49,608 nt of DNA from Polymyxa betae A26-41 (GCA_003693705.1 RBZT01000294.1:1-49608), one strand, 5' to 3'; positions 25,700-39,506 are shown, counted from the stretch's first letter. Program-made: numbers and translations. Notes: a model not told the origin generated them from the letters alone.

Positions 25700-27790
25700 G
25701 CCACATTCTCCACGAAGTTACATCAAAGACTCTGCTTTAAACTTACAGGCCAGCGGCGCTTTTTTCTGAATTACAGAACCTCCTGGATGAATCGAAACCT
25801 TAACCCTAATCAAACCAATCACAGAATTCTTCGATCTTGACAAACGTGGGAGTCTGTAAGCAAAGGAGTTTGCACGACCAGAGCAGACCCAAGTCCAGAT
25901 CATGCTATCGGCAGATATTAGGGCCAGCCAGTGTCTGATAGCCTCAGAGATGGAACCGGAAAGTGTCACAGAATGGGACATCACGAAAACCAACTTTCGA
26001 TTTGCAGGTACTTGTTAGGAGAGCATCAAAAGTTGAGTCCGATCACGATTTACGAGTGTAACCATTAGTTCGCAAATTTCACAGAACAGGTGACCTTCTG
26101 ATTTAGCGGTGGAGTGCCATCTCAGATAAAACACAGCAGAATCTCAAGTTAAGCTGTCTCAAGAGATCAGCTTCACGATTCGTTGGGCTTTCATGGATGA
26201 AGGCCATCAGCTTTCGCTGCTTCAGCGGTTGCGAAGCCGTTCATTCGAAAAACAATTTTAGATCAGGCAAACAAGAAGCGTAACGATTGGGACCTACAGT
26301 GAATATTTCTGAGATGGATTCCGGTTATAAAACAGGCAGGTTGTCTGGAAGTCCACATTCATGCTTTCCATGCATTATGGGAGATTTTCTAAGAGGAAAA
26401 TATCACTTCTTATCTCTATGTCCTCGATCAGTCATCTTTCATATATTTTTAAATACGTGATAATCCAGGAAGCCCGATGTTACACAGCTATGTAAAGTTT
26501 TGAAAATACGGGTTCATAGCAGCTGGCAGCAATAAATCGATCCCTATACTGACGAAACTTCATACAAAGATACTCAACGGCCAGCAATAGTTGACTGCAC
26601 TACTGCCTGGAATATACTCTCAGGCGGATTATGCAGGTCAGATACGGGAACAGCAAAGAGGTTGGATCTGGACGACAAATTAGCCTGCTAAGAAAGCCTC
26701 CTGCGTATCCACATGTGCAAATAGAAACAACAATAGGTGAATTCTGTATGGAAACGGGTCTCAATGCATGCCGGTTCGTAAGGGAATTCGACTCGGATTT
26801 CCAGTCGTATTAATCAATGCAGTACGCCATCACTGCAGGGCTGCATGTATTAGTCACTGGGGTGGTACCGCAGTCCACGAAATCGACCATGACCCGGTCA
26901 TTTCATGATAAAACTAAAACTGACTCAAGCTGAAAATCGCAATAGTAGAGAAATCTGTAAAAGATTATCACCAATCGACTCGCGGTGACTAACGGGGAGC
27001 GAACGGATTTTTGAAGGAAATAATGGCTGTATGGAGTACGGGTCCACAGTAGAGAAAACCGATTCTAAAATGAATCCGTTGCAGACAAGAATTAGAATCA
27101 TGTAGTCGCCGACTCATCTGCTATCTTTTATCGCCATCACGAAGTGCCGCGGCCCTCGAGCGTCGCTTGGCTGTAGCAGGACAGGAGCACGTTGTGGGCG
27201 CTGGGAAGTTGTGAAAATTTGATATTTTAATCGTGATAGGATAATGTCAAACGAAGTCATTTGGCAAACTATCCGGACAGAATCCCGCTCCGTGATGGAT
27301 ATCTGAGAGTCCGGCAGAAACGTGGAGTCACGGATATTCCTCTTCGAATAGATAATGCGCTATGAAATCGGACACGACACGAACAGGCCATACTCGATGG
27401 AGAGAAAATCTTGATAAAAAGTGGCATCGACGAAGATACACTTGTAGGGACTGTAACAGTTATCATGAAGCAATCGAACATCAGCTGACTCCGTGCAAAA
27501 ACAACAAATCGCAATTAAGAGATATCGACGCAAGTCTAAATGACAAAAACTCACAGAGTTTAACAATGCGCTCTACCGAGAACAAAAATTCATGAGAATA
27601 TTTCTGCAAGCAGCTGACAAACACGGTTGCTTTATATGGAGAGATAATGATGGAGAGCTGTGTATTTGCCCTATTAGGGTAGTAGGGTACATGGGTTCGA
27701 GTCCCTTTTGGATTGGGCGGGTGTCTATCCTACTTTACTGAGGAGTTCTTAGGTTCGGACATAGTTGGCCGAACATATATCAATCTTGGC
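25700..27790 (+). mobile_element. Decayed LINE fragments (post-RT region, C-terminal zinc knuckle, 3' tail)
   Basis: 26440-26770 resembles 1-250 and 45690-46070. TRTGHTR...CRDC...EAIEHQLTPC at 27375-27500. Interrupted by unrelated sequence at ~26830-27230. The left boundary is uncertain. Confidence 0.65.
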
Positions 27791-28127
27791 GTAATACTTT
27801 GTAAATAATCCAGAAACTGAATGTAGAAGCTTCTCTAGAGACAATATGTGTTCTGAGACTTTGTGCTTAGGGAATAGCACCGCCAAAGGATAAATCAATG
27901 AAATAGACAAATGCAATAATCCAATCATTTCATTATAATCAGCAGTGATATCAGTTTCGAGATTGTTACGATTTTGTCTTCCCAACACAAACAAACCTAT
28001 CAAATCGTACTCTTATCCATGATTTGTCATTATGCATCAGAATAAACTGCGCTCAGATTTGAGTTTCGTTAAGAAGCGAAGTTCACCATCTGTGCGGTCC
28101 GACGTTCAGACTCCAATCGGCCAAGAA

Positions 28128-28578
28128 ATGTTTGGCCGAGCGATTCCCTTCCTGATACTGAGCCTATCTGAGTGCTTCGCTGCATTCAGTAAGGAGACCA
28201 GTATTGCTACAGACTATCTGGAAGAGACTCCTGATAGAGTCTAACCTTTCGATATCAATATCAGTTTAATGTGAGTCTATATTCTCCCGACCTCACAGAC
28301 ACAGCAGTAAGATTTCTGTATCAGGAAGAAGTCACATCTCTTCTACCTGATATTGGAACATTATCAGCATCTTTATTACATCATACAGATAATGCTCCAG
28401 AATTACCTCCTATTCAGGAAACTATCAATGTATTGTTTCTGTATATCTCATTCTTAAGAAGTCTTTGAGATATCCATAATCAGAATGATGAGCCAGTCGA
28501 ATATATCTCCCGGAAACGTCCTCGTATTGACGAGACATCATCACTAACTGACCTTTCTTGTTTCTTCAATCATGATGT
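28128..28578 (+). pseudogene. Family copy 5 (5' fragment)
   Basis: MFGRAIPFLILSLSECFAA start and early TAA at ~28242. Ends after FNHDV at a TIR relic. Confidence 0.85.
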
Positions 28579-28617
28579 GCAGCCCGCTCTCCCCGCGGGG
28601 ACAAAAGATACAACAGT
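28579..28617. mobile_element. Relic terminus of the Mutator-like element
   Basis: GCCCGCTCTCCCCGCGGGGACAAAAGATACAACAG matches the right TIR end at 19382-19420. Confidence 0.75.
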
Positions 28618-28729
28618 CTGAAAGAGTGACATAATAAAAACACTGCGCGCAGTTGTTTTTCGGCATAACTGCGCAAGTTTCGGAAAGCCGAAGTTTCCCG
28701 TTCCGAGTTCGGACTCTATTCGCCAGATA

Positions 28730-30815
28730 ATGTTTGGCCGAGCGATTCCCTTCCTGATACTGAGCCTATCTGAATGCTTCGCTGCATTCAATCTTGAGCC
28801 TAGTAATGTTACAGACTATCTTGAAGAGACTCCTGATAGAGTCTATCCTTTCGATCTCAATGTCACTGTCTATTCTCCCGATCTCACAGATACAGGAGTA
28901 AGGTTGCTGTATCAGGAAGAAGTCACATCTCCTCAACTTGGTATTGGAACTTTCTCATCATCGACATCTTCATCACATCATACAGAGGCTCTGCAGGTTC
29001 TAACTCCATTTCAGAAAAATATCAATGTAATGACATCTTATCAAGTCTCATGTTTTAGAAATATCTGAGATTTTTATAATCAGAATAATGAACCAGCTGA
29101 AATTATCTCCCGGAAACGTCCTCGTATTGACGAGACATCATCACTAACCGACCTTCTGAATTACTTCAATGATGATGTGACTGATATCAATGATTATAAC
29201 AGTCTCTGCAAGTTTCTGGTGAGTTTTTGAAGAGCCATTCTGTTTCTCTATGCTGACATGAGTGACGTCTCATTAGATTAAAGTGCCGAATGATGCAGAA
29301 CTTCATGCTCTGTCAACAAAGTCCGATGATGATGCTGTTCAATGCTCCATAATCAACTCTCAATTAGCTCTCAATGTGAAAGGACATGATCTGGATCTAA
29401 GCGAAATCGAACGAATTCGTTTTGCTCAGAGCACATTAGAGCGACTGATTCTGATTGCGAACCTGTATCAGAAAATTGATCTGGGCCTCCCGGAATTATG
29501 AATTGATTTGGATCAATGTTGATGGGAGAATTCGGAATTGCTTGTATATGGTGTGTCGTCCTGTATTTCGATGTGTCATGGAATTCTGTCAGAAAGATCT
29601 TCGGAGGTTCCAATCACTCTGGGGGAATCCCTTCAATCATTGGAAACTCCATAAGGAATGTTCCGGAGATGACTGCCGATATAAACTGTCAGCTGCCGAT
29701 CAGTTGATAAATCTGTCCCGAGTTAGCTCTGTCATCTCTTCTGACCGTCCTGATCTTCAGAGTAACAAAACGCCGTCCTCGAAAGGAATGAAATTTTGTT
29801 CTGCACGAAAGGATTTCGTTCTCCCAATGTTTAGCTCTCTACCTGAATTTCTGAAATATTTTGATTTTGGTGTGGAGGAGATCACAGACTACTCTTCTCT
29901 GTGTGCTTTTCTGGTGAGATTTATTCATATTCAATTGGGAATATAACACTGAATTTATAATTCAGAAAAAGCTGCCTGATGATGACGAGTACGCGTTTCT
30001 TACTGATACAAACATGAAGTTCCCACCAAAGAGCAAAAAACGCGCTGCAAAAGCCCCCATTATTATCAAAGTTCTCGATGATCAGATCATATTGACAGAA
30101 ATCTCGGAAATCTCAAATTCGAAGACCACTTTTCAGAGGTTGATATTGGTGGCCAGTGTATGTCTAAAAATAGTTCGGGCCAAGATTACCGACCCGAAAT
30201 TCAATATGAAACAAGAAGGCTGTGAGAACTGGCTACATCGTACATGTTACTCGGTTCTTTCATGCGTTACAATATGCTGTCAGAATGATCTTCGGATATT
30301 TCAATCTCGATGGGGAAATCCGTTTGCACATTCTGTTTTTCGAGATCTTTGTTCTAGGTACAATGGCAAGAGCATAATGTGCGGATTTGAGACTCTCATT
30401 GTCAGTAACCATGAGAAATTCTCCATCAAATCACAACTAGTTTTTGATAGAGAAGATCTTGCTCATTGTCTATTGAGATATTCTATGAAAGGATTTGAGA
30501 CGGTATTACTGTGTTCAATTGTATTTGTGTTTTCTGAATATATCACAGAAGCTCTTTTTGGAGTGTATTCAGCGAATAAATGATGAATTGAAGAAGCGGA
30601 ATTTGAATCCATCATCTGATCTGAGTGAATATCTCGAAGATTCTCTTCATCCAATATTATACTGTCTTGAACATCATTGTAATAATGATGTCAATTATTT
30701 CTCTCATATATTTGGACATTATATAGATCATTATCAATTTCTACATAATTGCTGTCCTGGACCTACTGGACAGTGTCCTGCTCTAACTGCAAGAAACGCC
30801 AACAACCGTACTTAA
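28730..30815 (+). CDS. Family copy 6: full-length model, ~605 aa, signal peptide, NLS-like motifs and three Cys/His modules, with one +1 frameshift
   Basis: Exons 28730-28861, 28916-29026, 29084-29218, 29277-29913, 29966-30502 and 30549-30815, with five phase-0 GT-AG introns of 46-58 bp. Intron 1 is in-frame and could be retained. The only lesion seen is an extra A at 29472-29475. AATAAA follows the stop. Confidence 0.75.
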
Positions 30816-30869
30816 TTAATAAAGTATATTCAATTTGATTGAGCTCTACCTGTGCCTGTTAGCTAAAAT

Positions 30870-32450
30870 TTTATATTGATTCAGTCCGCCAGTTAAGGAG
30901 GCGACTGCCAACGCCGAGGCGGTTTGGCAACAAGCCAACCGCTGTCGTGAAGACTTGGACGGCAAAGTTAAACTTTGCGCGACAGGTCCTAGGCATGAAG
31001 CCCCAGGGCGCGTTGAATCCAGAGGCGTTACCGGTTTGGACACCAACCGGTCATCGACGTTGAACATCCCGCATTGGAGCCACGTACTGTTCCGTGAAGA
31101 CCGCGAAAGTTTTCCGAGTTCTTCCTTCTAATCAAGATTCAGTACTTTGTTAGATGAAGATGCCTATAACCACCGACCCACTGTCATTATTAATATCCCT
31201 GAATACATACTCCATGCCAAAACATTTCGAGGTACAAACTCTTCCTGGGTCAGAAAAGCCGATCAAAAAAGTCACTCAGCAACCCAGCACCAAATTATTA
31301 AAATCTGTCGCATTTGCTAATCACTTGAATGTCACGACAGAACATTGTTCAAACCTTCAATGCGGCAAATGCGCAAACGATCATGAGACAGAAGCTTGCA
31401 CCAGCGAATAGACAGAATTGCGGTGTATTAACTGCACTAACACAGGGCGCAACTGCGAGTGATGCCCCATCCAAACTTTCATTCAAGTCTAATAAGCCGC
31501 TCAGCGACATTGCGACTGCATTATATATAGATGTAATGACCCAGAAATTCGCAGGAAATTTTTTCAAAAAAATGCGTCAACAAACGAACGAGAGAAGCAA
31601 AAGATATGATTTACAGAAAACCCTCCAGTGAACGTCGGACGCCCTCCATTAGACTCAGGTAATCAACCTGACAGGCCGACAAACATTACCGAATACTTCT
31701 CCAGAATGGAAATCAACGCAGGCATCCCTTGGAATCCGATGATACCCAGCAATCAAATCCACCACGAAACTCAAACCGTGACTCTAACTACAACTTCGAT
31801 ATTCATCAACCAATTCTAAAGATACAAGACAACACTTGTTGAAAATCCTAAAATGGAATGTTCGCTCAATGCTGAGAAAAGATCACAGCTCGAATTTCTA
31901 GAAACAAAGCGGCTTTGACATCCTCTGAATTTGCGGTATTAAACAGTTTTATAGTAATACTATATTCATTATAGTTTACAATGAATTTTAAGTCGTAATA
32001 TCTCAAAGAGGAGCGTTCGTTGGCAAATTCTGTTTTCAGATCGTGCCTAAGGTGGGAGAATGGCGAAATTGTGATGATATCTTCAGCATTCTGTATGGTG
32101 GCCCGCCAAGGCACGTATCTAACGTCTATGGCTTCCCCGCATAGGCACATTTATAATTCATCCTCTAAGGCTGGCATTGATCCGACGCCGACGCCTGGGT
32201 TTGAAAATCTATTTTTACAACTTTATAATTCTGTATGATGAGAGGAATATCTTAAAATTGCGCTATACAAGCTATAACGATGTCGGCAGATGACAATATC
32301 GCCAGCCGTATTATTAATCATAGGAGTCATATAATAGGCGGATCCAGGCCTGGGACCCGTCATTGGGATCGAATTGAAATGATTAGGAATGTTTCAGAAA
32401 GGTTTCGATTGGATGCAAATCACATTTTATGGGAAACCCTAACCCCATGG
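30870..32450 (+). mobile_element. 5' part of a decayed LINE (leader, gag-like ORF1, endonuclease/RT relics)
   Basis: CGKCANDHETEAC knuckle (~31360), ILKWNVRS endonuclease start (~31845), and PKAG and KGFD RT-like relics. Confidence 0.7.
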
Positions 32451-32474
32451 TCACACTTGTATCCAACGAATGCT

Positions 32475-33560
32475 GCTTTGTGAACTAAATTTCATCCGTT
32501 TTAAGAAAGGACTTTCGTCATTCCGTAAAGCTCGAGGGTCAATAGAGATGAAAGAACTATCTGGGACCTGATTCATAGACTGATCGGGAGTAAACAGTTT
32601 GGGCCGGCATCCAGCTCCAGAACATTCCTTATGGAGTTTCCGATGACTGAAGTTATTCCCCCAGAGTGTCTGAAACGTCCGAAGATCTTTCTGACAGCAT
32701 TCTATGACACATCGCAGTACAGGACGGCACACCTCATACAGGTAATACAGTATTTTCCCAGTAACCTTGAGACAAGCCCACCCAAATTTCCGAGAGGCCC
32801 AGATCAATTTCCGATACAAATTCGCAATCAGAATCAGCTTCTGTAATGTGCTTTGATCAGAACGGATTCGTTTGATTTCGCTCACATCCAGATCATGTCC
32901 TTTCACTTTGATAACGAATGTACAGTTGATCTTGGAGCATTGAACTGAATCATCATCAGCTGAAGACAGGAAACGAAGTTCCTCATCATTCGGCTCTTTG
33001 ATCTAATCTTCAGTCAATATGCAGCCGGTCCGAGACAGCTTCTCAAAATTTGCCAGAAACTTGCAGAGACTGATATAATCATAGATATCTGTCATATCAA
33101 AACTGAAGGAAGACAGAGAGTCAGATGGTGATGATGTCTCGTCAGTACGAGGACGTTTCCGGGAGATAGTTCCTGCTGGAACATCATTCTAAATATGAAT
33201 ATGTCAGCGATTTTGAAGACATGAAACTTGACACAGAAACATTACATTGATAGTTTCCAGAATAGGATGAGAATCCAGGACATTATCTGTATGATGTGAT
33301 ACAGGTGATATTGTTCGAATATCAGGTAGAAGAGAAGTGACTTCTTCCTGATACATAAATCTCACTCGTGTGTCTGTGAGGTCTGGAGAATATAGACTCA
33401 CATTAATATCTGGAGGATAGATACTGATATTGAGATCGAAAGGATAGACTCTATCAGGAGTCTCTTCGAGAGTGTCTGTAACATTACTAGGCTCAAGACT
33501 GCACGCAGCGAAGCACTCAGATAGGCTCAGTATCAAGAAGACAATCGATGGGCCAACCAT
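32475..33560 (-). pseudogene. Family copy 7 (inverted; signal peptide plus module 1, 3'-truncated)
   Basis: MVGPSIVFLILSLSECFAA start, RKRPR motif and complete module 1. Cut after KRMKFSS at the LINE junction. Confidence 0.85.
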
Positions 33561-33949
33561 TTCCTGTCAATCAAATCGTCTGACTTCGGAGATGCGAACC
33601 GTTTCGCGTGATCAGGTCGGAATTCACATCTGCGCGCATTTTTGGCTCTTTGTGTTTTTATATCGTTGATTCTATCGGTTTTGAAGTGTCGGTGATGTTT
33701 CCTCATCAAATGGCCTAGGGGACACATTTAGACACTTTAGGAGCTTCTTCTATTCTGTTTCGACTTTCTGGGAGCAGAATTTGCTTCATCCGTTTTGTGT
33801 AAGTATGAAACTGCGCTTTTCGATTCGGCGAAGATGGTAATCTTGTTTAAAAATGGCTGAGCCTGAATTTTCAGGCGTATTGCCTTCAGATCTTCAGGAG
33901 ATCGTTCTTCGTAATCTCAGAGCGGTTCTTCCTTTTTCCATTTCATGTG

Positions 33950-34850
33950 AGGGCTTCGATAATATCTGCTGGACCTAAGAGAGCCTCGGCTCTGCAGGAT
34001 TGGCAATTTGGAACCCGCCCAATACAGCAGTGACTCGAACCCACCTAACCTACGGGATGCGTATATAGCCTTTGGTTTCTATACATAACATCCCGCATCT
34101 ATGTCCTGCAGTCTGAGATTTTGCCATGGACGTTTCTTGTTCATAAAAGAGCTTCATTGATAGTATCAATTTCAAGTCGCTTGTATCTGTCCAGGTATTG
34201 CTTTCCATGTTCTTCAATTTTCTTCATCTATGAAATCACAATAGAGTTAAGTTTTTCTTTATCGGCATATATCCTGGATTCGATTCCGAGGTTCTCCATA
34301 TGAGACCTGCAATTTATGTCCAGTTCTCATTCTCATTGTATGGCTGCAGATACAAGCATGTCATGTCCATATGAGCGGTACTATGGCTGACTCGTGGATA
34401 CCCATCTCTGACAGGTCCTCCCTTTGCTGCATCCACTTTGCTCTCTGATACCCGAGCTTATCTGTGTACAATCTCTTTCTCTGCAGCATTTTTAAATTTG
34501 AATTTTATGGTATGGTAGCGGACGCCTTAACTCTACAATCCCTGTATGGGGCTGCGCAGATGAGAAGGATTCAATCAATATGTGTCAGATGTTTTCCTTC
34601 TGGGTCTAATTCTAATATCGAATATTGTCCAGCGCGGATTAATTTGCATCAATGCATCCGAATTCAAAAATTGTCCTTGTTATTTCTCAGTGGCAACATC
34701 ACCGGACTGAGTTCATCATTTCTTCCAATCCAAAGTCAATACGCTTGAGCACACAATGCCATATAGCTCTCATGAAACGGATAATCCGAGCACATCGACA
34801 GGACAGTGCTCTATAGTGCGAGGTGTTATCTGTTCGGAAGGAGAGATCGA
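33950..34850 (-). mobile_element. LINE 3' fragment (RNase H, zinc knuckle, tail)
   Basis: Reverse complement resembles 38780-39400 and 27300-27780. Confidence 0.55.
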
Positions 34851-35496
34851 TCTTGTGGAGAAATTCCATTTTCTCCGCATGTCAGAGGCAATCTCCCCTA
34901 TTCTCGAGAAATCATCAGCAAGACCAAGAGGTTGCTGCCAACGAGGCCACGCCTCCAGTCGGCCCAGCCCTCAACCGCCAAGTAACGTGGCCTGTGATTC
35001 GCAGCATGAGAGGCTGTTTGGGCAGTGAAGGGCTGCGCAGGTGAACTTTGGGCGTGGCCGCGTCTGCTTTGTTGTTTCTGGTACTTCGTTCAGTTATTTT
35101 TTGGGGAATAAAGCTGGTTCATTTCCGCTGAACACCGCCTCCATTCTTCCTTTGTCAGTAATCACAGCGTTGTTGAATCTTTACCAGTATGACCGACTGT
35201 AGAAATGGATTCAGTCGTCATCTCAGTCAGCGTTAGCAACGACTACGAGGGGACGAGATAGGGAGAGAGACACAAATTATAAGTGAAGTGTATTCACCAT
35301 CAATTTCAGATCAACGGCTGCCAAACATCCGGTGCAATCAGATTTCACGCGAAATTGTACTAACAGAATCCAGCTTTGAAGACAGTATGAAATTATGTGT
35401 TCTAACTTCACTATTCAATAACCAACAGAACAGATTAACAGTTTCTGCGACAAACAATGTGAAATCAGATTTTAATATTCAAATTGGACGGAGAAT

Positions 35497-35565
35497 TTAG
35501 CTGTGTTTTTTGTCACAAGCATTGTGTGTCTTAAAACCGCATTGGTTACTCTTGCCATTGTGCCA
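35497..35565 (-). pseudogene. 3' fragment of a short-form family copy
   Basis: Translates as WHNGKSNQCGFKTHNACDKKHS*, homologous to the end of module 2 and to the copy 3 tail. Confidence 0.7.
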
Positions 35566-35569
35566 AAAT

Positions 35570-37996
35570 GCCGTGACGGAGAATGTCTGTCAAGCCGACT
35601 GAATGCCTACCGACCAGTCGGAATCTCCAATGTGTGGTAAGTCCGCATTGACTATAATGGAGCCGCAACCGTCGAGTAACAGGGTATAAAGTCCTTGAAA
35701 TACGTGATCAATCACAGGTAGCGCTCGATTTGGTTACCGCTCTTATACGGAGGCCAATTGTCGACATGCATAAAATTGCGAGTGTCCACGGAGATGCCGT
35801 CTTTTGTGAACGTATGGCCCAGAAGATGATGCGAAGGTCTGAAAAAGTGAGACTTCTTCAGGTTTACTCGTAGATTTGCAGCAGTTAATCGGTCCAAAGT
35901 GCCGATCGAATCTTCGAGGTGTTCCTCCGGAGAGCTCGAGCCAACCAGTATATCGTCAAGAAAGGGGATTGCAGATGTCAAACCTTCAAGAACACGTTCT
36001 ATGGTGCGCTGTAGCCCAGATGATGTCGGAGTCAACCCGAAGGGCGTTCCAACGAACATAAGAAGCCGTCATTGCCAAAAACGAAAGCTTTTCGCGATGA
36101 GGCTCATGAACTGGAAGCTGTAAAAAGCTCTGTTCTAAATCCATCGCGCTGAAGATACATTTGCCTGCGAGGAACTGGAAAATTTCGGATACGAGAGGTA
36201 GGGGGTACCTGTCTGGCAACAGTAGAGCGTTGAGAGCTCTGGGGTCTACGCAAATCCGCTTCGGTTTCTTCTCGCCTGTGATATCGTCCCTCTTCAGAGC
36301 AACTACCAGTGGAAGGTTCCAGTGACACCCTTGGGATCGTCCGTGACCTTTCCATTCTGTATCCATTCCCTCACTTGATCGTCAACGACCGGCTTCGCAT
36401 GATGAGGTATTGGATACTGCCGACGATAAACTGGCTGGTTCTGGCCCGTCTCGAGGTGAAACAACGGCCTCCTGTAGTGAACAGAAACTGTTAAGTGGTA
36501 TAGCTTGGTTGCGTCGGATAGCGTGAAAAAGCCGTGGATGCGAGGCTAGCGGATGGGGTTCAGCGTTATGGTGAATCTCCGCGAGTGGTGGAGTAACATC
36601 CTCAGGTGGGGAGGTCTGAGAGGCGGTCACGGAGTGCGGCAGCTGAAGGCCGCATATTCCGATGCCGTGGCGTTGCTGGAGATCCCGCCCCATAATGACA
36701 GAGACACCCTCTGGAGGATCACAATGTCGAATTCGAAAGTAAACTCAGGGACCCGTAGGTGATAGGAACGCGAGCCAGGAGATCAGCTGACCTGGCTGTG
36801 GTGAGTCTCCTGCGTTTCCGGCGATAACGTCTGGAAAAAAGAACGCGAAACGATGGAATTGGAAGCTCCAGTGTCCACATAAGCCAGAGTTTCTTGTCCG
36901 TCCAAAGCGATTGCTGTGAAGATCGCAGTCGAGTAGTCAATGTGTTTCCCTTTGACTGCTGAAGAGGACTCCAGCTATCGTACAATTCGGACTCCGTGGA
37001 CGGATTTCATCGGTTCTTCGACAATGTTGAATCTTTACATAGCGCGATTTTCGTCTACTTCTTCAATATAAGCTTCATGAACACAATGATTAGTAGCAAC
37101 ATAACTTGCGGATGACAATGATTTTTTAGCTGTGGCAGCTCCGGATGGAGCAGTTCAAAAACCCAATCCCCCTCTAGACGGTCGCAACACGCAGCCAATG
37201 CCTCCGGGAAGCGGTCTAATGGATACCCGTCAGCGGTGAGTCGCCTTTCGAACTTGGATAGAAATTCTTCTGCAGAGCCACGGTCCTGAGTTGTCGGTCG
37301 CTTGAACCTTGGCAGCGCTGGTTATGTTGAACGCTGGTGGTGCTGTGATCTGCGGGTGCTAACGGAATGACAGCCGCCTGTGACGTCGGGGGCTGCTGAA
37401 CCTGAAGCTGGATGGGAGCCAAGAGGGCATGAGTGCGCTTCGCAGCGTCCAGTTGTATCTCTGCTGTAACAATCAGGTCGATCAGATTGCTGATTCGCGC
37501 GTCCAGATTGCGTTGGTTGGTGGATGACATAGCGCTGTAGTCCTCTCCGTACAATGATTCTAGTTCGACATTGTAGTTCACAATTGTCTGCTGGAGAATC
37601 TCGATTGCCGTGAGACAGTGGCCCGAACATCCTGCATGTTGGGCGCGGGTCGTTCCTGCTGCCCGTTTGCCAATGCGGCCGTATCGCTTGAGCCTTCATG
37701 TCCAGAAGGACAGGGACTCGCACAAAAAACTGTGGTGCTTCAAAGAGACAAAGACACAGAAAGGTGAGCGGAATGAGACCTTCCGTGTGTATTCGAAAAT
37801 ACGAATCATTAAAAAAGGGAGAGAGAGAATCACAGGAGCAACAGCAAACTAGTAGAGGCTACAAACTTCAGTGCATTGTCTGCGGACAAGAAAGTGCGCG
37901 ATGGCCATGTCAGGAGGCCGCGGCCAGTCTTGAACGTCCACGGCGTGAGACTGGTCGCATACCACCGCGAGTCCGCGACCGTTACTTCGATAGACA
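35570..37996 (-). mobile_element. Ty3/Gypsy LTR retrotransposon, 3'-truncated and frameshifted
   Basis: Protease VDTGASNS (~36860-36880). RT motifs RICVDPRALN, DRYPLP, FSAMDL, PFGL and FLDDILV. Gag-like ORF at 37216-37581. Candidate LTR at 37731-37996 with TG...CA termini. Confidence 0.92.
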
Positions 37997-38079
37997 AATG
38001 TCTCAATTTTAAGAGCATACAAAAATATGGAGCTTTATGCATTTGTAGAGCTGAATCAAATTGAACAATCCTTTACTGA

Positions 38080-38590
38080 TTAGATACTCTTGTCAGCATT
38101 AACCGCAGATAGAGCAGGACATTGTCCAGTATGTCCAGGACAGTATTCCTGTTGAAATTGATAATGATCTATATAATGCCCAAATATATGAGAGAAATAA
38201 TTGACATCATTATTACAATGATGTTCAAGACAGTATAATATTGGATGAAGAGAATGTCCGAGATATTCACTCAGATCAGATGATGGATCCAATTTCCGCT
38301 TCTTCTTCATGTAATAATTCATTCGTTGAAAACATTCCAGAATGAGCTTCTGTGATATAATCAGAAAATACAAATTAACTTGAACGCAGAAATACCGTCT
38401 CGAATCCGATTATAGAATATCTCAATAGACAATGATCAACGCGTCCTTTGTCACAGACTAGTTGCGATTTGATGGAGAATTTCTCATGGTCACTGACGAT
38501 GAGAGTCTCAAATCCGCACTGTTTACTCTTGCCTTTGTGCGTAGAACAAAGCCCCATAAACTGACTATGCAGAAACGGATTTCCCCATGC
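38080..38590 (-). pseudogene. Family copy 8 (3' portion: end of module 2 plus module 3)
   Basis: WGNPFLHSQF...CGFETL, then an intron, then KKKRK...LHPILYCLEHHCNNDVNYF...GQCPAL. Confidence 0.85.
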
Positions 38591-38659
38591 TGGCAGCAGA
38601 TTCGTCGCACAAAAACCCAAATGTTTTTGTTTCGGTCAGGTCCCACCGAAACTTGTCTT

Positions 38660-39420
38660 AACGATTGTCTTCCATACCCCACAAGGACAGACAATAACAT
38701 AAGCAGGAGCCGCCGCGAGAATGTAGGACTTATGGGAGGACGGCAACAGTATACAGTTAGGGAATGTAGTATCCAGATATGAAACAGAGATCATCGCCAT
38801 ACAATTCGGAGTAGAGTCGGTCCTTTCTTTAAAACCTTCTGGCAGGCAGATCCACCTCTTCTCTGACTCACTCCCATGCTTGCATCAACGCGCTACACTC
38901 CCCTACAAATATCAATATGTGAATGCAGTCGTGAAAGACGTTGCAGAGAAATCAGCAGAGATTGGCAGAGAAAACGATATAGAGCTACACTTCATCCCGA
39001 GCCATACAGAACATGAAATATCCGAAAAGATAAAGCCCATTCACTATCGGAAACAGCTGCAGTGGCTGGTGACGGAGAAATAAATCATGACCCGCTGGTA
39101 TCTTCACACAAACTGATTTTCAAAAAGCGTGAACGACGCATGAAATATCTTGAGACGACTATTATATTAAGAAAGTTTGCAGACTATTCCTGGCAGATGT
39201 TTACTGATAGAAGGGAAATAGAGAACTGCAATGGAGATAATGAAATTCCGAACACAATCGGCAACACTCGTACACTGGTCAACAGAACACGAACTGGTCA
39301 TACACGGGCCAGAGCACATTTTAACAATATACAAATTGACTCTGATGATACATGCAGTAGTGAAATAGAGAGACTGTTGAACATCAACTAATTCAATGCA
39401 AAATAATCGAAAACGTTTCA
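38660..39420 (+). mobile_element. LINE RNase H and C-terminal knuckle relic
   Basis: SDSLPCL and LHFIPSHT (RNase H-like), then RTRTGHTR...DDTC. Confidence 0.7.
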
Positions 39421-39506
39421 GCATATAGTGCTGGATTCGTGATGTCTTTTTTCTACTGTCGTGAACGCGATGAAATTCGGAGAGGGTTTATTGGCACCAT
39501 CGATCA

